A program made the translations under genes and the position numbers. DNA of 64,000 nt. Origin: Lentimicrobiaceae bacterium (lineage in GTDB: Bacteria > Bacteroidota > Bacteroidia > Bacteroidales > UBA4417). Location: assembly GCA_031550085.1 (NCBI GenBank), contig JAVBOY010000012.1:83689-147688 (forward strand), given 5' to 3'. Shown in pieces: positions 25,479 through 35,890 of the stretch. The notes beneath the pieces were generated by a model. It worked only from the letters and a program-made list of their open reading frames with translations. It was not told the DNA's origin and ran no database searches. How positions within the stretch are numbered: position 1 is the first letter of the stretch; each line of letters begins with the position of its first letter.

Positions 25479-26624
25479 ATGAGACAACTGGTAATTTGTT
25501 TTTACTTGTTTTGTGCTTGTACTACTTTTACACTTCATGCACAATCTTTTTCTACGAGGAAATTGGCGGAGTTGGGTGGGTGCATATCCAAAACGAGTTT
25601 ACCAAAAAAAGATAGTATTTTTAAATGTGCTCAAGTAAAAGGACAACTAGTTCGAATTGAGTATAATTACAAGAAAGAAGTTACCCATTTGGGAATTGCT
25701 GTTTTTAGCCAAGGTACAAAAGAAAAATATGGAACACCGGTTTGTAATTTCATCGAACGGCTGATGCTTGAGTTGGCATTGCAAGGGAATAATCCGAACG
25801 AGATTAACAAGAAATTGAAAGAATACAAGATCAGTATGGAAGACCGGACCGGGTGGCGCAGCAGCAGTATTCTTTTACCCGACATCACGGTCGGGGCAAT
25901 TTTGAATCGTATGAAAGGAACAGCACAATTTTCGTTGAAACAGTGGGGGAATTATTATGCAGCTTCCTGGGCTTTGGGCAACAACAAGTTTTTTGTTTCG
26001 ATTCCTGCTTCGCGTGAGTTGATTTTCGGAACCAATAAAAAAGAATCCGATGAAATCCTGAACAAGCTGATACAGGAAAACCGTTGCCATACATACTATC
26101 GCGACAACGAAGAAAATGAGAGTTACGACAATTTGGTCGATACGGTGGTTGACAATCAAAATGTTTTTGTAAAGAAAGGTAGTTCGTTCGTATTGACAAA
26201 AATAAATTCGGACATTTACATGTCGAAAGATGTGGTCGAACGGTATTATCCGCTCAACGACCGGAATTATCCTTCGTTTTCGTTGAAGAATTTGTTACTG
26301 ACTCCGAATTTAAACCCGACCATACAACTTCATTTAAAACACTCGATGTATGGAAACCGCAATTCGGAATGTGATATCCGGTGGACAGACTTTGTTTGTT
26401 TTTTTAAACAGGGATTTGATATGTATTGTTATGTGGAAGACTCGAAATCCCCTACATTAAAAGCTACCGTGATTTTGCACAGCACCAAATACAACTACAT
26501 TCATTTGTTGTCGATAACGGCGGATGCCGATACCATTTTTCAAAAAGACGGACAACTCTATGCGGAGTTATATTCCAACATACCCCAAAATAACATTAAA
26601 AGCTTGTTTCAAACTAATCTTTAA
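25479..26624 (+). CDS. secreted hypothetical protein
   Basis: Signal peptide ICFYLFCACTTFTLHAQ. No recognisable domain. Lies 48 nt after the previous gene. Confidence 0.7.
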   Translation: MRQLVICFYLFCACTTFTLHAQSFSTRKLAELGGCISKTSLPKKDSIFKCAQVKGQLVRIEYNYKKEVTHLGIAVFSQGTKEKYGTPVCNFIERLMLELALQGNNPNEINKKLKEYKISMEDRTGWRSSSILLPDITVGAILNRMKGTAQFSLKQWGNYYAASWALGNNKFFVSIPASRELIFGTNKKESDEILNKLIQENRCHTYYRDNEENESYDNLVDTVVDNQNVFVKKGSSFVLTKINSDIYMSKDVVERYYPLNDRNYPSFSLKNLLLTPNLNPTIQLHLKHSMYGNRNSECDIRWTDFVCFFKQGFDMYCYVEDSKSPTLKATVILHSTKYNYIHLLSITADADTIFQKDGQLYAELYSNIPQNNIKSLFQTNL

Positions 26625-26635
26625 ATAAGAAGAAA

Positions 26636-27628
26636 ATGCGTACAATCACTTTTTTTATCCTGTTCTCTTTGACGTTTTTGTTAGGTAAGGATGTATATGC
26701 GCAATTAGAAAAGACTGATTTGCAAATTATTGACGGGATCAGCGATGCAGGTGTGAAAGCAAAAATTGAATTGAATACATCCGCATTGTTAACTGCTTTT
26801 GGAAAAGCCGTTATAGACGGGACTATGCCCAAACTGACCCAAATGGATATTTCTTCTGAGGCTGTAAATACATTGAATACGATCTGGGAAACAAGCGCCA
26901 TGGCCTGCCCGGTATCGGTAATCCGCGAAAGATGCTTGACGCGTCCTCAAGGAGGATACCAAGTACGGAATATTCCTATAACCATGTTTTCAGCACCCAA
27001 AGCCGACCAAGAGCAGGATTTGGTGATTAACTTCACGTCAACCGGAAGGATTGATGCGATTAATATTGCGATTGCAGAAAACCAATACACCCAGATACTT
27101 CATCAAAACATTTCGGTTCAGGATTTTGTGAGAAGGCAACGGATCATCGATTTGGTTGAACAGTTCCGGACGGCCTACAACGAAAAAGACATGCCTTTTA
27201 TGCAACATATTTTCAGTGATAATGCATTGATTATCACCGGGAAGGTTATCAGGGAAAAACCGAATTCCAGCGAAATGATGAACCGCCTGAATACAGAGAA
27301 GATTGTCTATTTCCAACAAACCAAGGCGCAATATTTGACGAAATTGAAAACCGTTTTTCAAGCCAATAAGTATATTAATGTCGTATTTGATGACATTGAA
27401 GTCATGGCGCATCCCAAATATCCTGAAGTTTACGGGGTTACGTTAAAGCAAACATGGAATTCTTCAAGTTATAACGATGAAGGATTCTTGTTTTTACTGG
27501 TTGATTTCCGGAATGAGGACGAACCGCTTGTCCATATACGTACCTGGCAGCCGAACATGTACAATGGGCGGGAGTTGACGCGTGAAGAGCGGTTTAACTT
27601 AGGGTCTATTCCTCCGTTAACCCGTTAA
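26636..27628 (+). CDS. secreted hypothetical protein, C-terminal NTF2/SnoaL-like region suspected
   Basis: Signal peptide FILFSLTFLLGKDVYAQ. The C-terminal half (VEQFRTAYNEKDMPFMQHIFSDNALIITG...YGVTLKQTWNSS..FLFLLVDF) looks like a cone-shaped alpha+beta fold. Lies 11 nt after the previous gene. Confidence 0.7.
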   Translation: MRTITFFILFSLTFLLGKDVYAQLEKTDLQIIDGISDAGVKAKIELNTSALLTAFGKAVIDGTMPKLTQMDISSEAVNTLNTIWETSAMACPVSVIRERCLTRPQGGYQVRNIPITMFSAPKADQEQDLVINFTSTGRIDAINIAIAENQYTQILHQNISVQDFVRRQRIIDLVEQFRTAYNEKDMPFMQHIFSDNALIITGKVIREKPNSSEMMNRLNTEKIVYFQQTKAQYLTKLKTVFQANKYINVVFDDIEVMAHPKYPEVYGVTLKQTWNSSSYNDEGFLFLLVDFRNEDEPLVHIRTWQPNMYNGRELTREERFNLGSIPPLTR

Positions 27629-27666
27629 CGTTTTTACGATATATAACTATTATTTTGATAAGGCTG

Positions 27667-28977
27667 ATGAAAAGAAAGTTTGGCTATTGTATTGTAATTC
27701 TTTTTGTCCTTTGTTTTGTTGACTTCCGCCTGATGGCGCAAACCATGACCGTAGAACGAGACACCACTGCCACCGAATCATTATGTACCGTGGGAGAGTC
27801 GGATGCCTGTGTCACGATTACAGCGCCTAAATCGCTACAACTCACCTTCGAGTCCTCGATGGATGCTGTTGTAAAAATTGTTTCACGTCGCGATGTGGGT
27901 TTCAATACCATTTATCTGTTGAGTTTTCCTACGGGCTATATTTATGCAAACCGGTTTCTTGAAATACGGGCGGCTCAATACCAGCAACCGGTTGAAATCC
28001 ACCTGAATTTGTCGCCCAAAGAATCGAGAAAGTACTACATAAAGATTCCGGAATGCTATCCATCCTTGTTTAGCGGGGCTCAAGAATTGGCTCGAAAGGG
28101 CTTTTATACGGCGGCTTCCGAAAAATACAAAGAAGCCCAGCGCTGCTCGGATGCTCCCTTCGGAAATGATATAAAGGCCCGTTTAAAGCAATTGGATACC
28201 ATTATTGCAGCCAAAAGGATTGCCGACGAAAGTTTTGACCTGTTGGATTATGCCAAAGCGGCTGATAACTATAAGAAGATCGTATCCTTTAATTCGGAGG
28301 ACGAAACGGCAAGCAGGAGGTATGCCGAATCGGTATTGAAAAGAAACCAAACCTGTTTCAAATATCTGGATAAAGCCGAAGAATTTTTTAAAGAAAAAGA
28401 TTTTGATAAAGCTACGGAGCTTTACCTACGTGCCCTTGCCAATGGCTGCGAACAAGTTGAAAACGGCAACCTTATCAGAGCGCGAATCGAATACATGCGA
28501 AATTATAAGGAAAAAAAGGCCGAACGGGAGTGGGTCATTTCCTATCAATATGCCTCTAATACACCGATTGGTGTATCATTTGGAGGATATAAACAGTACA
28601 AGCCTTTTCTTTATGCTTCCATCCGGACCAATCCAGACTTTTTCGAATCTTTGCGTTCCAATTATGAAAAAGCAGATAAACCGGAGTTCAATTTTTCGGC
28701 GGGCGCCACATTTCGGTTGACGCAAGCCATTCCGTTGTGGATGAATGCTGGAGTAGGGTATACAGGAGTAGGGGAGTACATCTATGATCCGGTAGATCCG
28801 GCAAAAGAACCTGATTTGAAAAACTATAGCGCCCTATCGCCGGAACTGGGTTTACTAGGAAAAATCGGGCCGATAGCGCTCAGTTATACTTTTCAATACC
28901 GTTTTGCTTTTGATGCCGATAAGCAAAGCTACATCAAACCGGCCAAGCATATCTTCGGGATCGGCTTCTGTTTTTAG
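27667..28977 (+). CDS. secreted TPR-like protein with beta-rich C-terminal domain ending in Phe (architecture similar to the 24111 gene)
   Basis: Signal peptide VILFVLCFVDFRLMAQ, an N-terminal ~100 aa beta region and TPR-like helices. The C-terminal Gly/aromatic strands end in FGIGFCF. Confidence 0.75.
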   Translation: MKRKFGYCIVILFVLCFVDFRLMAQTMTVERDTTATESLCTVGESDACVTITAPKSLQLTFESSMDAVVKIVSRRDVGFNTIYLLSFPTGYIYANRFLEIRAAQYQQPVEIHLNLSPKESRKYYIKIPECYPSLFSGAQELARKGFYTAASEKYKEAQRCSDAPFGNDIKARLKQLDTIIAAKRIADESFDLLDYAKAADNYKKIVSFNSEDETASRRYAESVLKRNQTCFKYLDKAEEFFKEKDFDKATELYLRALANGCEQVENGNLIRARIEYMRNYKEKKAEREWVISYQYASNTPIGVSFGGYKQYKPFLYASIRTNPDFFESLRSNYEKADKPEFNFSAGATFRLTQAIPLWMNAGVGYTGVGEYIYDPVDPAKEPDLKNYSALSPELGLLGKIGPIALSYTFQYRFAFDADKQSYIKPAKHIFGIGFCF

Positions 28978-29007
28978 TTCGCATCGTTTTTCAAAACCGG
29001 TTTTAGA

Positions 29008-31548
29008 TTAAAATTCGGCAATGAGCTTTATGTTCAATTGACGGGAAGTTAAATAATTAGGGACTCCGTACTGCCTGCCTTGAAAATCCTTGACCCAGTT
29101 GTAGGAAGCAACATTCCGGAAGCCAAACAGATTCAGAACTTCTCCGGTGATCCAAAGCGCTTTGAAATGCTTCAACACACGGTTCGACGATTTGGTCGGT
29201 TCGTAACCTACGATTTGTTTTGACATTCCGACATCTACCCTCCGGTACCACGGAAAGCGTACAGGATCGCTGGTTTTGGGAAAATTTGGCGCATAGATAG
29301 GCTGTCCGCTTCCGAAATATAAACCCATGTTCACTTTCCAACTGGGATTTCCGGGCAGATAATCCTGGAAAAAGATTCCCAGCGTAAAGAATTGGTCATT
29401 CGGACGAGGCACTGCTCCCGGCGTAACATAAGTACTGTCGATCAGGCCGTTGTTGGGAAGGACAGGCGGCAAATAAGGCTGGTTTCCGGGTTGATAGGTG
29501 TAGTTGGTATAGTGATCGTCGTAAATATTTTCACCGGTACGCATAAACGAAAGGCTTATCCAGGATTCAGAGCCCGGAACAAATTCCCCGTTAAGTTTCA
29601 AGTCGATTCCGGCGGCATATCCATTGGAGTTGTTCCGCCCGGAATAGAGTATTTGTACATTATCAATCGTATAGGGAATCAGATGGGAAAAATCTTTGTA
29701 ATAAATTTCCGTTACAAATTTGAACGGTCGGCTCAACAATTTGAAGTTCAAGTCGCTACCGGCTACAAAGTGGATGGATTCTTGCGCTTTTATATCCGAA
29801 TTCAGGCTTCCGTCGGGCAACCGCAATTCTCGGTAAAAAGGAGGCTGGAAATAATGCCCTGCTGAAAACCGGAACAAGATATCGGTTTTCCAAGAAGGTT
29901 TGTAAGAAATGGCCGCCCTGGGGCTGAACAAAAGCTGTTGCGTATAATCCCAATATTGGACACGTCCGCCCACCGTCAGTGAAAAATTTGCCGAATTAGC
30001 CGTTTCGAAATTCCAGGTATTTTGGGCAAATGCACTGTACCGGTTCGAGTTCAGTTTGATTTTTGAATTGAGATAATAGGCCAGCTCTAGGTTACTGATA
30101 TTCCCAGAATCTCCCGGTATCCCTGTATGGTTGGGAAGCACATAACCGGCAGAGTCAAACAAATACCATTCATTTATTTTATCGTCAATCCGTTCATGCT
30201 GGTATTTAATTCCCCATTGGGCAAACGAATGATTTCCCCAGCTATAATTATACCGGTTCTCGATATTCGAAACATTCATTTCCAGATTATTCCGGGCATG
30301 GCGCAAATAGGATCCGACACCCAGTGTTTCCCAAAGATCTTTCGGCACATCCTCAAGAACAGCCTGGAGAATATAATCTCCTTGGATGTCGTATGAAACG
30401 CTTTCGGTGGCAGCGTAGGAAGATACGATCCATTTTATTTGAAGATTTTCACTGGCTTTTTGAGTCAATGTCAATGCCCCCAATTGTCCGTTGTAACAGT
30501 CTTTCTCACCCCCTTCAAAAAAAATGGTCAGGTTTAGCGGGTTCGTATTCGTGCCGAAGGTGGTGTTTTGAACAGAAGGCGTCAAATTATAGGAATTCCG
30601 CGCCAGGTAGCCCAAAAAGGAAATATCCAGTTTGTCATTGATTTTATAAGAAAGCAGGGTTTGAAAATCAAAAAAGTTGGGTTTGTAATCCCCCTCCACA
30701 TCAAACGTTTTTACAAGATATGCATTGGTTTTGTACCGGGCTCCGGCTAAATAGCTGAAACGACCGTTGTTGGGTCTGTCCTCGACATGTACCGAAGCTC
30801 CCAGCAAGCTGGCAGAGGCCGATGCGGCAAATTCTTGCGGTTGTTTATATTTGATATCCAAGACACTAGCCATTTTATCTCCAAATTTTGCATCAAAACC
30901 TCCGGCCGAAAAGTTTACCAGCGATGCCAGGTCGCTGTTGACAAAACTCAATCCTTCCTGTTGTCCCGAACTGACCAAAAAGGGACGGAATATTTCGATG
31001 TCATTTACATACACCAGATTCTCATCAAAGCTTCCCCCACGAACTGAAAACTGGGAACTTAATTCATTGTTGGCGACTACGCCACCTTGCAATTTCAACA
31101 GGCTTTCGATTCCTCCGGCCGCAGACGGCAGACTGGTTGCAAATTTCGGATTGATCCGGTAAATACCGCTTTCGCGTTGCCGAATGTCTTCAACCACAAT
31201 GGTCGGCAACTCGGTGCTTGACGACAGAAGGGCTATTTTTACATCCCGGGTTTCGCTGGGTTTCATTGATAATCGTAACGAATCGGCTTTGTAATTCAGG
31301 TGAGAAAAAATGAGTATAATTTCCTGAGAGGCTGGAATTTGAATCCTGAAATTCCCGGATTTATCCGTTACGGTACCCAAGGATGAGTTGGCTACAATCA
31401 CATTCACGCTTTCGATGCTTTGAGACGTTTTGGAGTCGGTAATCTTTCCCCTAACAGTTCCGGTATTTTGGCAAAAAGCGCCGACATGGAATGCTGCGAA
31501 TAGAAAACAAGAAATGAACTTTATGGAAAAAAGAGGCGTTTGCTTCAA
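29008..31548 (-). CDS. TonB-dependent receptor with N-terminal carboxypeptidase-regulatory-like domain
   Basis: GTVRGKITDSKT..SVNVIV is the CarbopepD_reg part. The plug motif is FSVRGGSFDENLVYVNDIEI. A long barrel ends in LNIKLIAEF. The start codon is TTG. Confidence 0.9.
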   Translation of the reverse strand: MKQTPLFSIKFISCFLFAAFHVGAFCQNTGTVRGKITDSKTSQSIESVNVIVANSSLGTVTDKSGNFRIQIPASQEIILIFSHLNYKADSLRLSMKPSETRDVKIALLSSSTELPTIVVEDIRQRESGIYRINPKFATSLPSAAGGIESLLKLQGGVVANNELSSQFSVRGGSFDENLVYVNDIEIFRPFLVSSGQQEGLSFVNSDLASLVNFSAGGFDAKFGDKMASVLDIKYKQPQEFAASASASLLGASVHVEDRPNNGRFSYLAGARYKTNAYLVKTFDVEGDYKPNFFDFQTLLSYKINDKLDISFLGYLARNSYNLTPSVQNTTFGTNTNPLNLTIFFEGGEKDCYNGQLGALTLTQKASENLQIKWIVSSYAATESVSYDIQGDYILQAVLEDVPKDLWETLGVGSYLRHARNNLEMNVSNIENRYNYSWGNHSFAQWGIKYQHERIDDKINEWYLFDSAGYVLPNHTGIPGDSGNISNLELAYYLNSKIKLNSNRYSAFAQNTWNFETANSANFSLTVGGRVQYWDYTQQLLFSPRAAISYKPSWKTDILFRFSAGHYFQPPFYRELRLPDGSLNSDIKAQESIHFVAGSDLNFKLLSRPFKFVTEIYYKDFSHLIPYTIDNVQILYSGRNNSNGYAAGIDLKLNGEFVPGSESWISLSFMRTGENIYDDHYTNYTYQPGNQPYLPPVLPNNGLIDSTYVTPGAVPRPNDQFFTLGIFFQDYLPGNPSWKVNMGLYFGSGQPIYAPNFPKTSDPVRFPWYRRVDVGMSKQIVGYEPTKSSNRVLKHFKALWITGEVLNLFGFRNVASYNWVKDFQGRQYGVPNYLTSRQLNIKLIAEF

Positions 31549-31602
31549 GGTGAAAACGATAATTTAAAAAGAATTTGCAATCAGATGGCTGTTTTTGAGT
31601 TG

Positions 31603-31610
31603 CAAAGATA
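31603..31610 (-). promoter_or_regulatory. -7 box TATCTTTG for the TonB-dependent receptor
   Basis: + strand text caaagata, 55 nt upstream of start 31548. Confidence 0.4.
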
Positions 31611-31714
31611 AAGATTTAACCGGGCGAAACAGCATACGGAAAAATCAAAAATAACGAAATAGCGGAAAATTGAGTAAAAAAGAAAGACCGTGTTTTTGAG
31701 CTGAAAATAGAAAA

Positions 31715-32380
31715 TCAATCTTTCTGTTTTTTGAAATCACCTCGTTTCCAGGCTTTTATGAATTCAGCCCATGCAAACGGATTGATCAGGGCCGATTGGA
31801 TATTTTGTCCTTGTCCCGCATAATATTGTTTAGCGCTATACTCGCTTATGGCTGTCCGGAAATTCATGGCCCCGTCCATCCCTTCCAAATCGGGATTGTA
31901 TTCCTTGGCTTTGGTACTGCGTTTGGTAATCAGGGCGACGTTTTTTTCAATCGTCCGGATCTCATCATCGGGAACTTGGAGTTTGATAAATTCTTGCCGG
32001 AAATTTTCTTTGCTGGGCCAAGGATATACCGTAGTTCCGGCCAAATGGATGGTATCTGAAGTCATTACCTGGACGATGGAATACCGGTTTGCCGTTAAGG
32101 TGTCCGGAACACGGTAAGAAGCTCTTTTATAACCCACGGCAGAAAATATCAACACTTCGCCCGGCTTGACAACCATCGAGAAAAAACCCGAATAATTTGC
32201 CGTAGCTGCTGCACGGGAATTTCGAGCATAAATATTGGCAAATGAAACCGGATTTAGGCTATCGCTTGAAACAATAACTCCTGAGAACTGGATTAAATGC
32301 TCGCTTTTTTCTTGCGCCCTTGCCGGGATACTAAGAAAAAAAGAGGCAACAAAAAATGATATGATCATTTTAATTCTCAT
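31715..32380 (-). CDS. carboxypeptidase-regulatory-like domain protein (secreted)
   Basis: A signal peptide is followed by IQFSGVIVSSDSLNPVSFANIYARNSRAAATANYSGFFSMVVKPGEVLIFSAVGYK. Confidence 0.75.
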   Translation of the reverse strand: MRIKMIISFFVASFFLSIPARAQEKSEHLIQFSGVIVSSDSLNPVSFANIYARNSRAAATANYSGFFSMVVKPGEVLIFSAVGYKRASYRVPDTLTANRYSIVQVMTSDTIHLAGTTVYPWPSKENFRQEFIKLQVPDDEIRTIEKNVALITKRSTKAKEYNPDLEGMDGAMNFRTAISEYSAKQYYAGQGQNIQSALINPFAWAEFIKAWKRGDFKKQKD

Positions 32381-32445
32381 CGCAGCAAAAATAATTGAGT
32401 TTTTGAATCAGTAATACAAATAGTTGTTAAAAAAACAATTACCCC

Positions 32446-32478
32446 AAATAAAAAAGGCTGTTGCTAAATACAACAGCC
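32446..32478 (-). terminator. rho-independent terminator of rpmB
   Basis: ggctgttg (32456-32463) pairs with caacagcc (32471-32478). The - strand continues with ttttttattt. Confidence 0.75.
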
Positions 32479-32504
32479 AAAATACACTTTTGATCATAAA
32501 GATT

Positions 32505-32744
32505 TTACACGTAGAAATACCCGCGATCGCTCACATCTTTCAACACTGCGGTAATCCCTTTTTTATTGATGGTGCGAAGCACCGATGCCGAAACTTTCAG
32601 TACAATCCAACGATCTTCTTCGGGAATGTAGAATTTCTTTTGCTGCAAATTGGGATAAAACCGGCGTTTGGTTTTAATATTTGAGTGCGAAACGTGGTTT
32701 CCCACAATCATCTTTTTTCCGGAAATGTTACAAACTCTCGACAT
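32505..32744 (-). CDS. rpmB: 50S ribosomal protein L28
   Basis: [34 protein letters not shown]... Confidence 0.95.
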   Translation of the reverse strand: MSRVCNISGKKMIVGNHVSHSNIKTKRRFYPNLQQKKFYIPEEDRWIVLKVSASVLRTINKKGITAVLKDVSDRGYFYV

Positions 32745-32862
32745 GCTCTAAATTTCTTTAATGTTTTTTCAAAGAGGAGTGCAAAGGTCAGTATAATTTT
32801 TGAAACAACCAAACGATCCGCACTTTTTTTTCGAAAAACCATTTTGGCTCAGCCGGTCCTTT

Positions 32863-33351
32863 TTAGGGCAAAAGATATTTTTCGTTTCCGCCATCGTCAA
32901 GGTCATCGGGAACAACTTTCAGCAAAGTTCCATCTGCCAGGTACTGCAAATCAAACTCCTGCTCTGATTTTTCGATTTCCAGTACATAAAGCGTTTTTTT
33001 GTCTTTCAATTCGATCATGTCGATGTCGTCGATTCGCCACGAATGGTACTCGCTTGCTGCAAAAGCGGTTTTTACGGCTTCCGGGAGTGACTTGTAGGGC
33101 AAATCGATTTCTGTAAGCCACCACACGCCTTCTTGATCAAACCAGGCTTCGTGTTCCATGGAATTTTTGTAAAAATCTACCACCCAATACTTTCCTTCTT
33201 TTTCCCACTCGACACGTGTAACATCCGGATATTTACTTTGGAACGTTTGTTCCACCTTTGGGTTTCCGGACTGGCGCAAACCATCGTTTTCGCAGGATTG
33301 GGCAGTGAATGCGCCGAATAACAATGCAAAAATAAAATACGATTTTTTCAT
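32863..33351 (-). CDS. PepSY-like (BLIP-like, DUF2874) domain lipoprotein
   Basis: Lipobox FTAQSC and two repeats of the PepSY-like pattern (FQSKYPDVTRVEWEKEG..YWVVDF; VKTAFAASEYHSWRIDDIDMIE). Confidence 0.8.
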   Translation of the reverse strand: MKKSYFIFALLFGAFTAQSCENDGLRQSGNPKVEQTFQSKYPDVTRVEWEKEGKYWVVDFYKNSMEHEAWFDQEGVWWLTEIDLPYKSLPEAVKTAFAASEYHSWRIDDIDMIELKDKKTLYVLEIEKSEQEFDLQYLADGTLLKVVPDDLDDGGNEKYLLP

Positions 33352-33363
33352 GATATAGAAAAT

Positions 33364-33816
33364 TTAGTGATCAATTTTAATAAAGTTAAACTTTAAATCA
33401 AAAACAAGTTCCAAATCGTTATCTAGTGTTACCTCATAACTATGGCTGTTACGGTCAATTTCCAATATCCTCGGATTTTTAAAGCGCATGACAAGGTACT
33501 GTTTGATTTTTTCCGGAACGATGCCGGAAGGAACTTGGGTAAATTTGCAATCAACACTGGTCCAATTACCGCTCCGGTCAAAATCAACGCTGCTTCCATC
33601 CGTAAAAATGACTTCGTATGTTTTGACGAAATGATCAATTTCCATTTTTGCAAACGAGATGCTTTTATTTGGGAAATGTTTTTTTATAAATTGCTGTGCT
33701 GTACTGGGGAGTTCTTTCATTGTAACCGGCTTGTCTTTATCGGCAGATACCCGAAAGGCCATGCACATAAATGCGGCAAATAGAAGGGAAACAGGACGAT
33801 TCATAAATAGTCTCAA
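33364..33816 (-). CDS. PepSY-like domain protein
   Basis: A signal peptide is followed by LPSTAQQFIKKHFPNKSISFAKME...YEVIFTDGSSVDFDRSGNW..IPEKIKQYL. Confidence 0.8.
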   Translation of the reverse strand: MRLFMNRPVSLLFAAFMCMAFRVSADKDKPVTMKELPSTAQQFIKKHFPNKSISFAKMEIDHFVKTYEVIFTDGSSVDFDRSGNWTSVDCKFTQVPSGIVPEKIKQYLVMRFKNPRILEIDRNSHSYEVTLDNDLELVFDLKFNFIKIDH

Positions 33817-33867
33817 TTTTGTCTCGAGACAAAGGTCGGTTCTAAAACTAAAATAAAGTTGAAATTG

Positions 33868-35142
33868 CTAAAAGAAAAGCGTAAAAACATGCATTTCGTT
33901 CAGGTAGTCGTACCGAATGTTGATTTGATAGCGTTTGCAGATGGATTGGCATAAAGTCAAACCAAGTCCGGAGGAACCTCTTTTTTTACTTCGATGATAA
34001 AAATGGTTGAACATTGAGGAAGTATCCAACGGTTCGCTTTCTTCTCCTGTGTTTGAGATTGAAATATATTGCGGCATCACTTGGATGCCAATTTTTCCTT
34101 TGTCGCGATTGTGGAGAAACGCGTTTTTAATCAAGTTCCCGAACAGTACTCTGGCCAGCGTTTCGTTCATATCGATAGTTCGGACGGCACTTTCGGTTAC
34201 CGTTACCTTGATTTTTTTATTGGCATACATTTCCGAATAATCTGCAATCATTTTTTTTATTAACTCGTTCAATACGATTTCCGTTTTATCGGGAAATTGG
34301 TTGTTTTCGATTTTTGTGAGCAACAACAGCAGTTTATTCAACTTTATAAGATGTTGGATGCTTTGCTTGGTCTTGATAATTTCACTTAACTGGTTTTCGC
34401 TTAAAAAAGTATCTTCCGAAAGCATTTCCAACCGATTGAGACAGACAGCCAAAGGTGTTTGAATTTCGTGCGAAGCATGGCCGATGAATAATTTTTGTTG
34501 TTCATACATTTTAACGCTACGGCGGATACTTCGAATCGCGGCTTCATTCAGTTTTTGGAATTCGGGGATATTGGTTCGAATATCGGGTTCTGTGCGTGTT
34601 TTTTCAACACGGAACTCTTCCAGCCAGTGTAAAAAGTTGTACAATGGCTTAAAACTGTGCTTTAATATCCAGAAATTGATACAGACAATGGCAATCAACA
34701 ATGCCACATAAAGGAAAACAATCCATTGAAGGATGGTTCTCTGTAAATCGGCTTTTTCGATGGTAGGAACAGATACTGCCAATTCATAATAGTTGTTTAA
34801 CGAATCGCGGAAAATAGTTTTTAAAATACGGGCAGGCTCGGTTTCTCTTTTGTTTTTGATGTAGATCATTTCGTCGGAATAGCGGAGTGTCGGCGTTTGG
34901 GCGACATAATCGGGCGTTACTTCGTGGATATAGTAACTATTGTTGGTTCCACTATTCTGAGCAGGAAGACTTTCTCCGGCTAACGAGCTGGTAATAATAT
35001 TTTCGGAATAATCTTCGAGGAAATCATCGGTTTCATCGTTGATTTCATCTATGATTAAAAAATAAAACAACGATGACCATGTTGCTACCAGTACAAGCAA
35101 TGCCAACGAAGTTTGCCAGGTAATCCGGTAGGATAATTTCAT
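33868..35142 (-). CDS. sensor histidine kinase
   Basis: Two TM helices, an H-box FIGHASHEIQTPLA, an N-box LIKNAFLHN and a G-box GSSGLGLTL. Confidence 0.9.
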   Translation of the reverse strand: MKLSYRITWQTSLALLVLVATWSSLFYFLIIDEINDETDDFLEDYSENIITSSLAGESLPAQNSGTNNSYYIHEVTPDYVAQTPTLRYSDEMIYIKNKRETEPARILKTIFRDSLNNYYELAVSVPTIEKADLQRTILQWIVFLYVALLIAIVCINFWILKHSFKPLYNFLHWLEEFRVEKTRTEPDIRTNIPEFQKLNEAAIRSIRRSVKMYEQQKLFIGHASHEIQTPLAVCLNRLEMLSEDTFLSENQLSEIIKTKQSIQHLIKLNKLLLLLTKIENNQFPDKTEIVLNELIKKMIADYSEMYANKKIKVTVTESAVRTIDMNETLARVLFGNLIKNAFLHNRDKGKIGIQVMPQYISISNTGEESEPLDTSSMFNHFYHRSKKRGSSGLGLTLCQSICKRYQINIRYDYLNEMHVFTLFF

Positions 35143-35822
35143 GATTTTTTAAGGATCATTTTGTAACCGAATTTGTATACCGCTTTTATTTCAAGGGTTG
35201 ATTTGGCGTCGTTCAGCTTCTTGCGCAAATTTCTCATTTGCACATAAATAAAATCGAAGTTGTCAACCTGATCAATATGATCGCCCCAAACAGCTTCGGC
35301 TAAATTATTTTTCTCGATCAGGCGGTTCGGGCGTGCCATAAAATAATTCAAAATATCGTATTCCTTCCGGTTTAATTCCAATGGTTTTTTATTGACAAAT
35401 ATCTCGTAAGTGTCGGGGAACAACTTCACATTGCCCAACTCAACAAATGTTTCGCCTTGATGCAGGTTACGACGGATCAGGCTTTTGATGCGGGCGCTCA
35501 GTTCGGCTAAATGGAACGGTTTGGTCAGATAATCGTCGGCGCCCAATTCCAGACCGGCCACTTTGTCGTCGACCGAGTCTTTTGCCGAAATAATAATCAC
35601 GTTTTCTTGTTTCCGTAATTTTTTCAGTTCTTCCAAGATGGCCAACCCATTACCGTCGGGCAACATAATGTCGAGCAAAATGCATTCGTACTCGTAAAGC
35701 GACACTTTCTCCATGGCATCTCCAAAGGTTTCTACAGCTTCGACGACATAGCGTTCTTTTTTGAGAAAGCTTTGCAGAACCTCCCGCATCGACGGGTCAT
35801 CTTCTATGATCAAGATTTTCAT
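35139..35822 (-). CDS. OmpR-family response regulator
   Basis: Receiver MKILIIEDD..LLDIMLPDGNG..KPF and a winged-helix output domain (RKEYDILNYF..GYKM). A 4-nt overlap links it to the kinase gene. Confidence 0.95.
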   Translation of the reverse strand: MKILIIEDDPSMREVLQSFLKKERYVVEAVETFGDAMEKVSLYEYECILLDIMLPDGNGLAILEELKKLRKQENVIIISAKDSVDDKVAGLELGADDYLTKPFHLAELSARIKSLIRRNLHQGETFVELGNVKLFPDTYEIFVNKKPLELNRKEYDILNYFMARPNRLIEKNNLAEAVWGDHIDQVDNFDFIYVQMRNLRKKLNDAKSTLEIKAVYKFGYKMILKKS

Positions 35823-35890
35823 TTATCCTTGTTGTTCAGATTTAAGCAAGTAACGACGAAATTCTAAAAAAAAACTAAAATCTGATTTTG

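Noticed and set aside
28990-29005. Palindrome aaaaccggtttt between convergent genes as a bidirectional terminator
   Set aside because: It has a very short AT-rich stem with only a 4-bp GC core. This is not distinguishable from chance.
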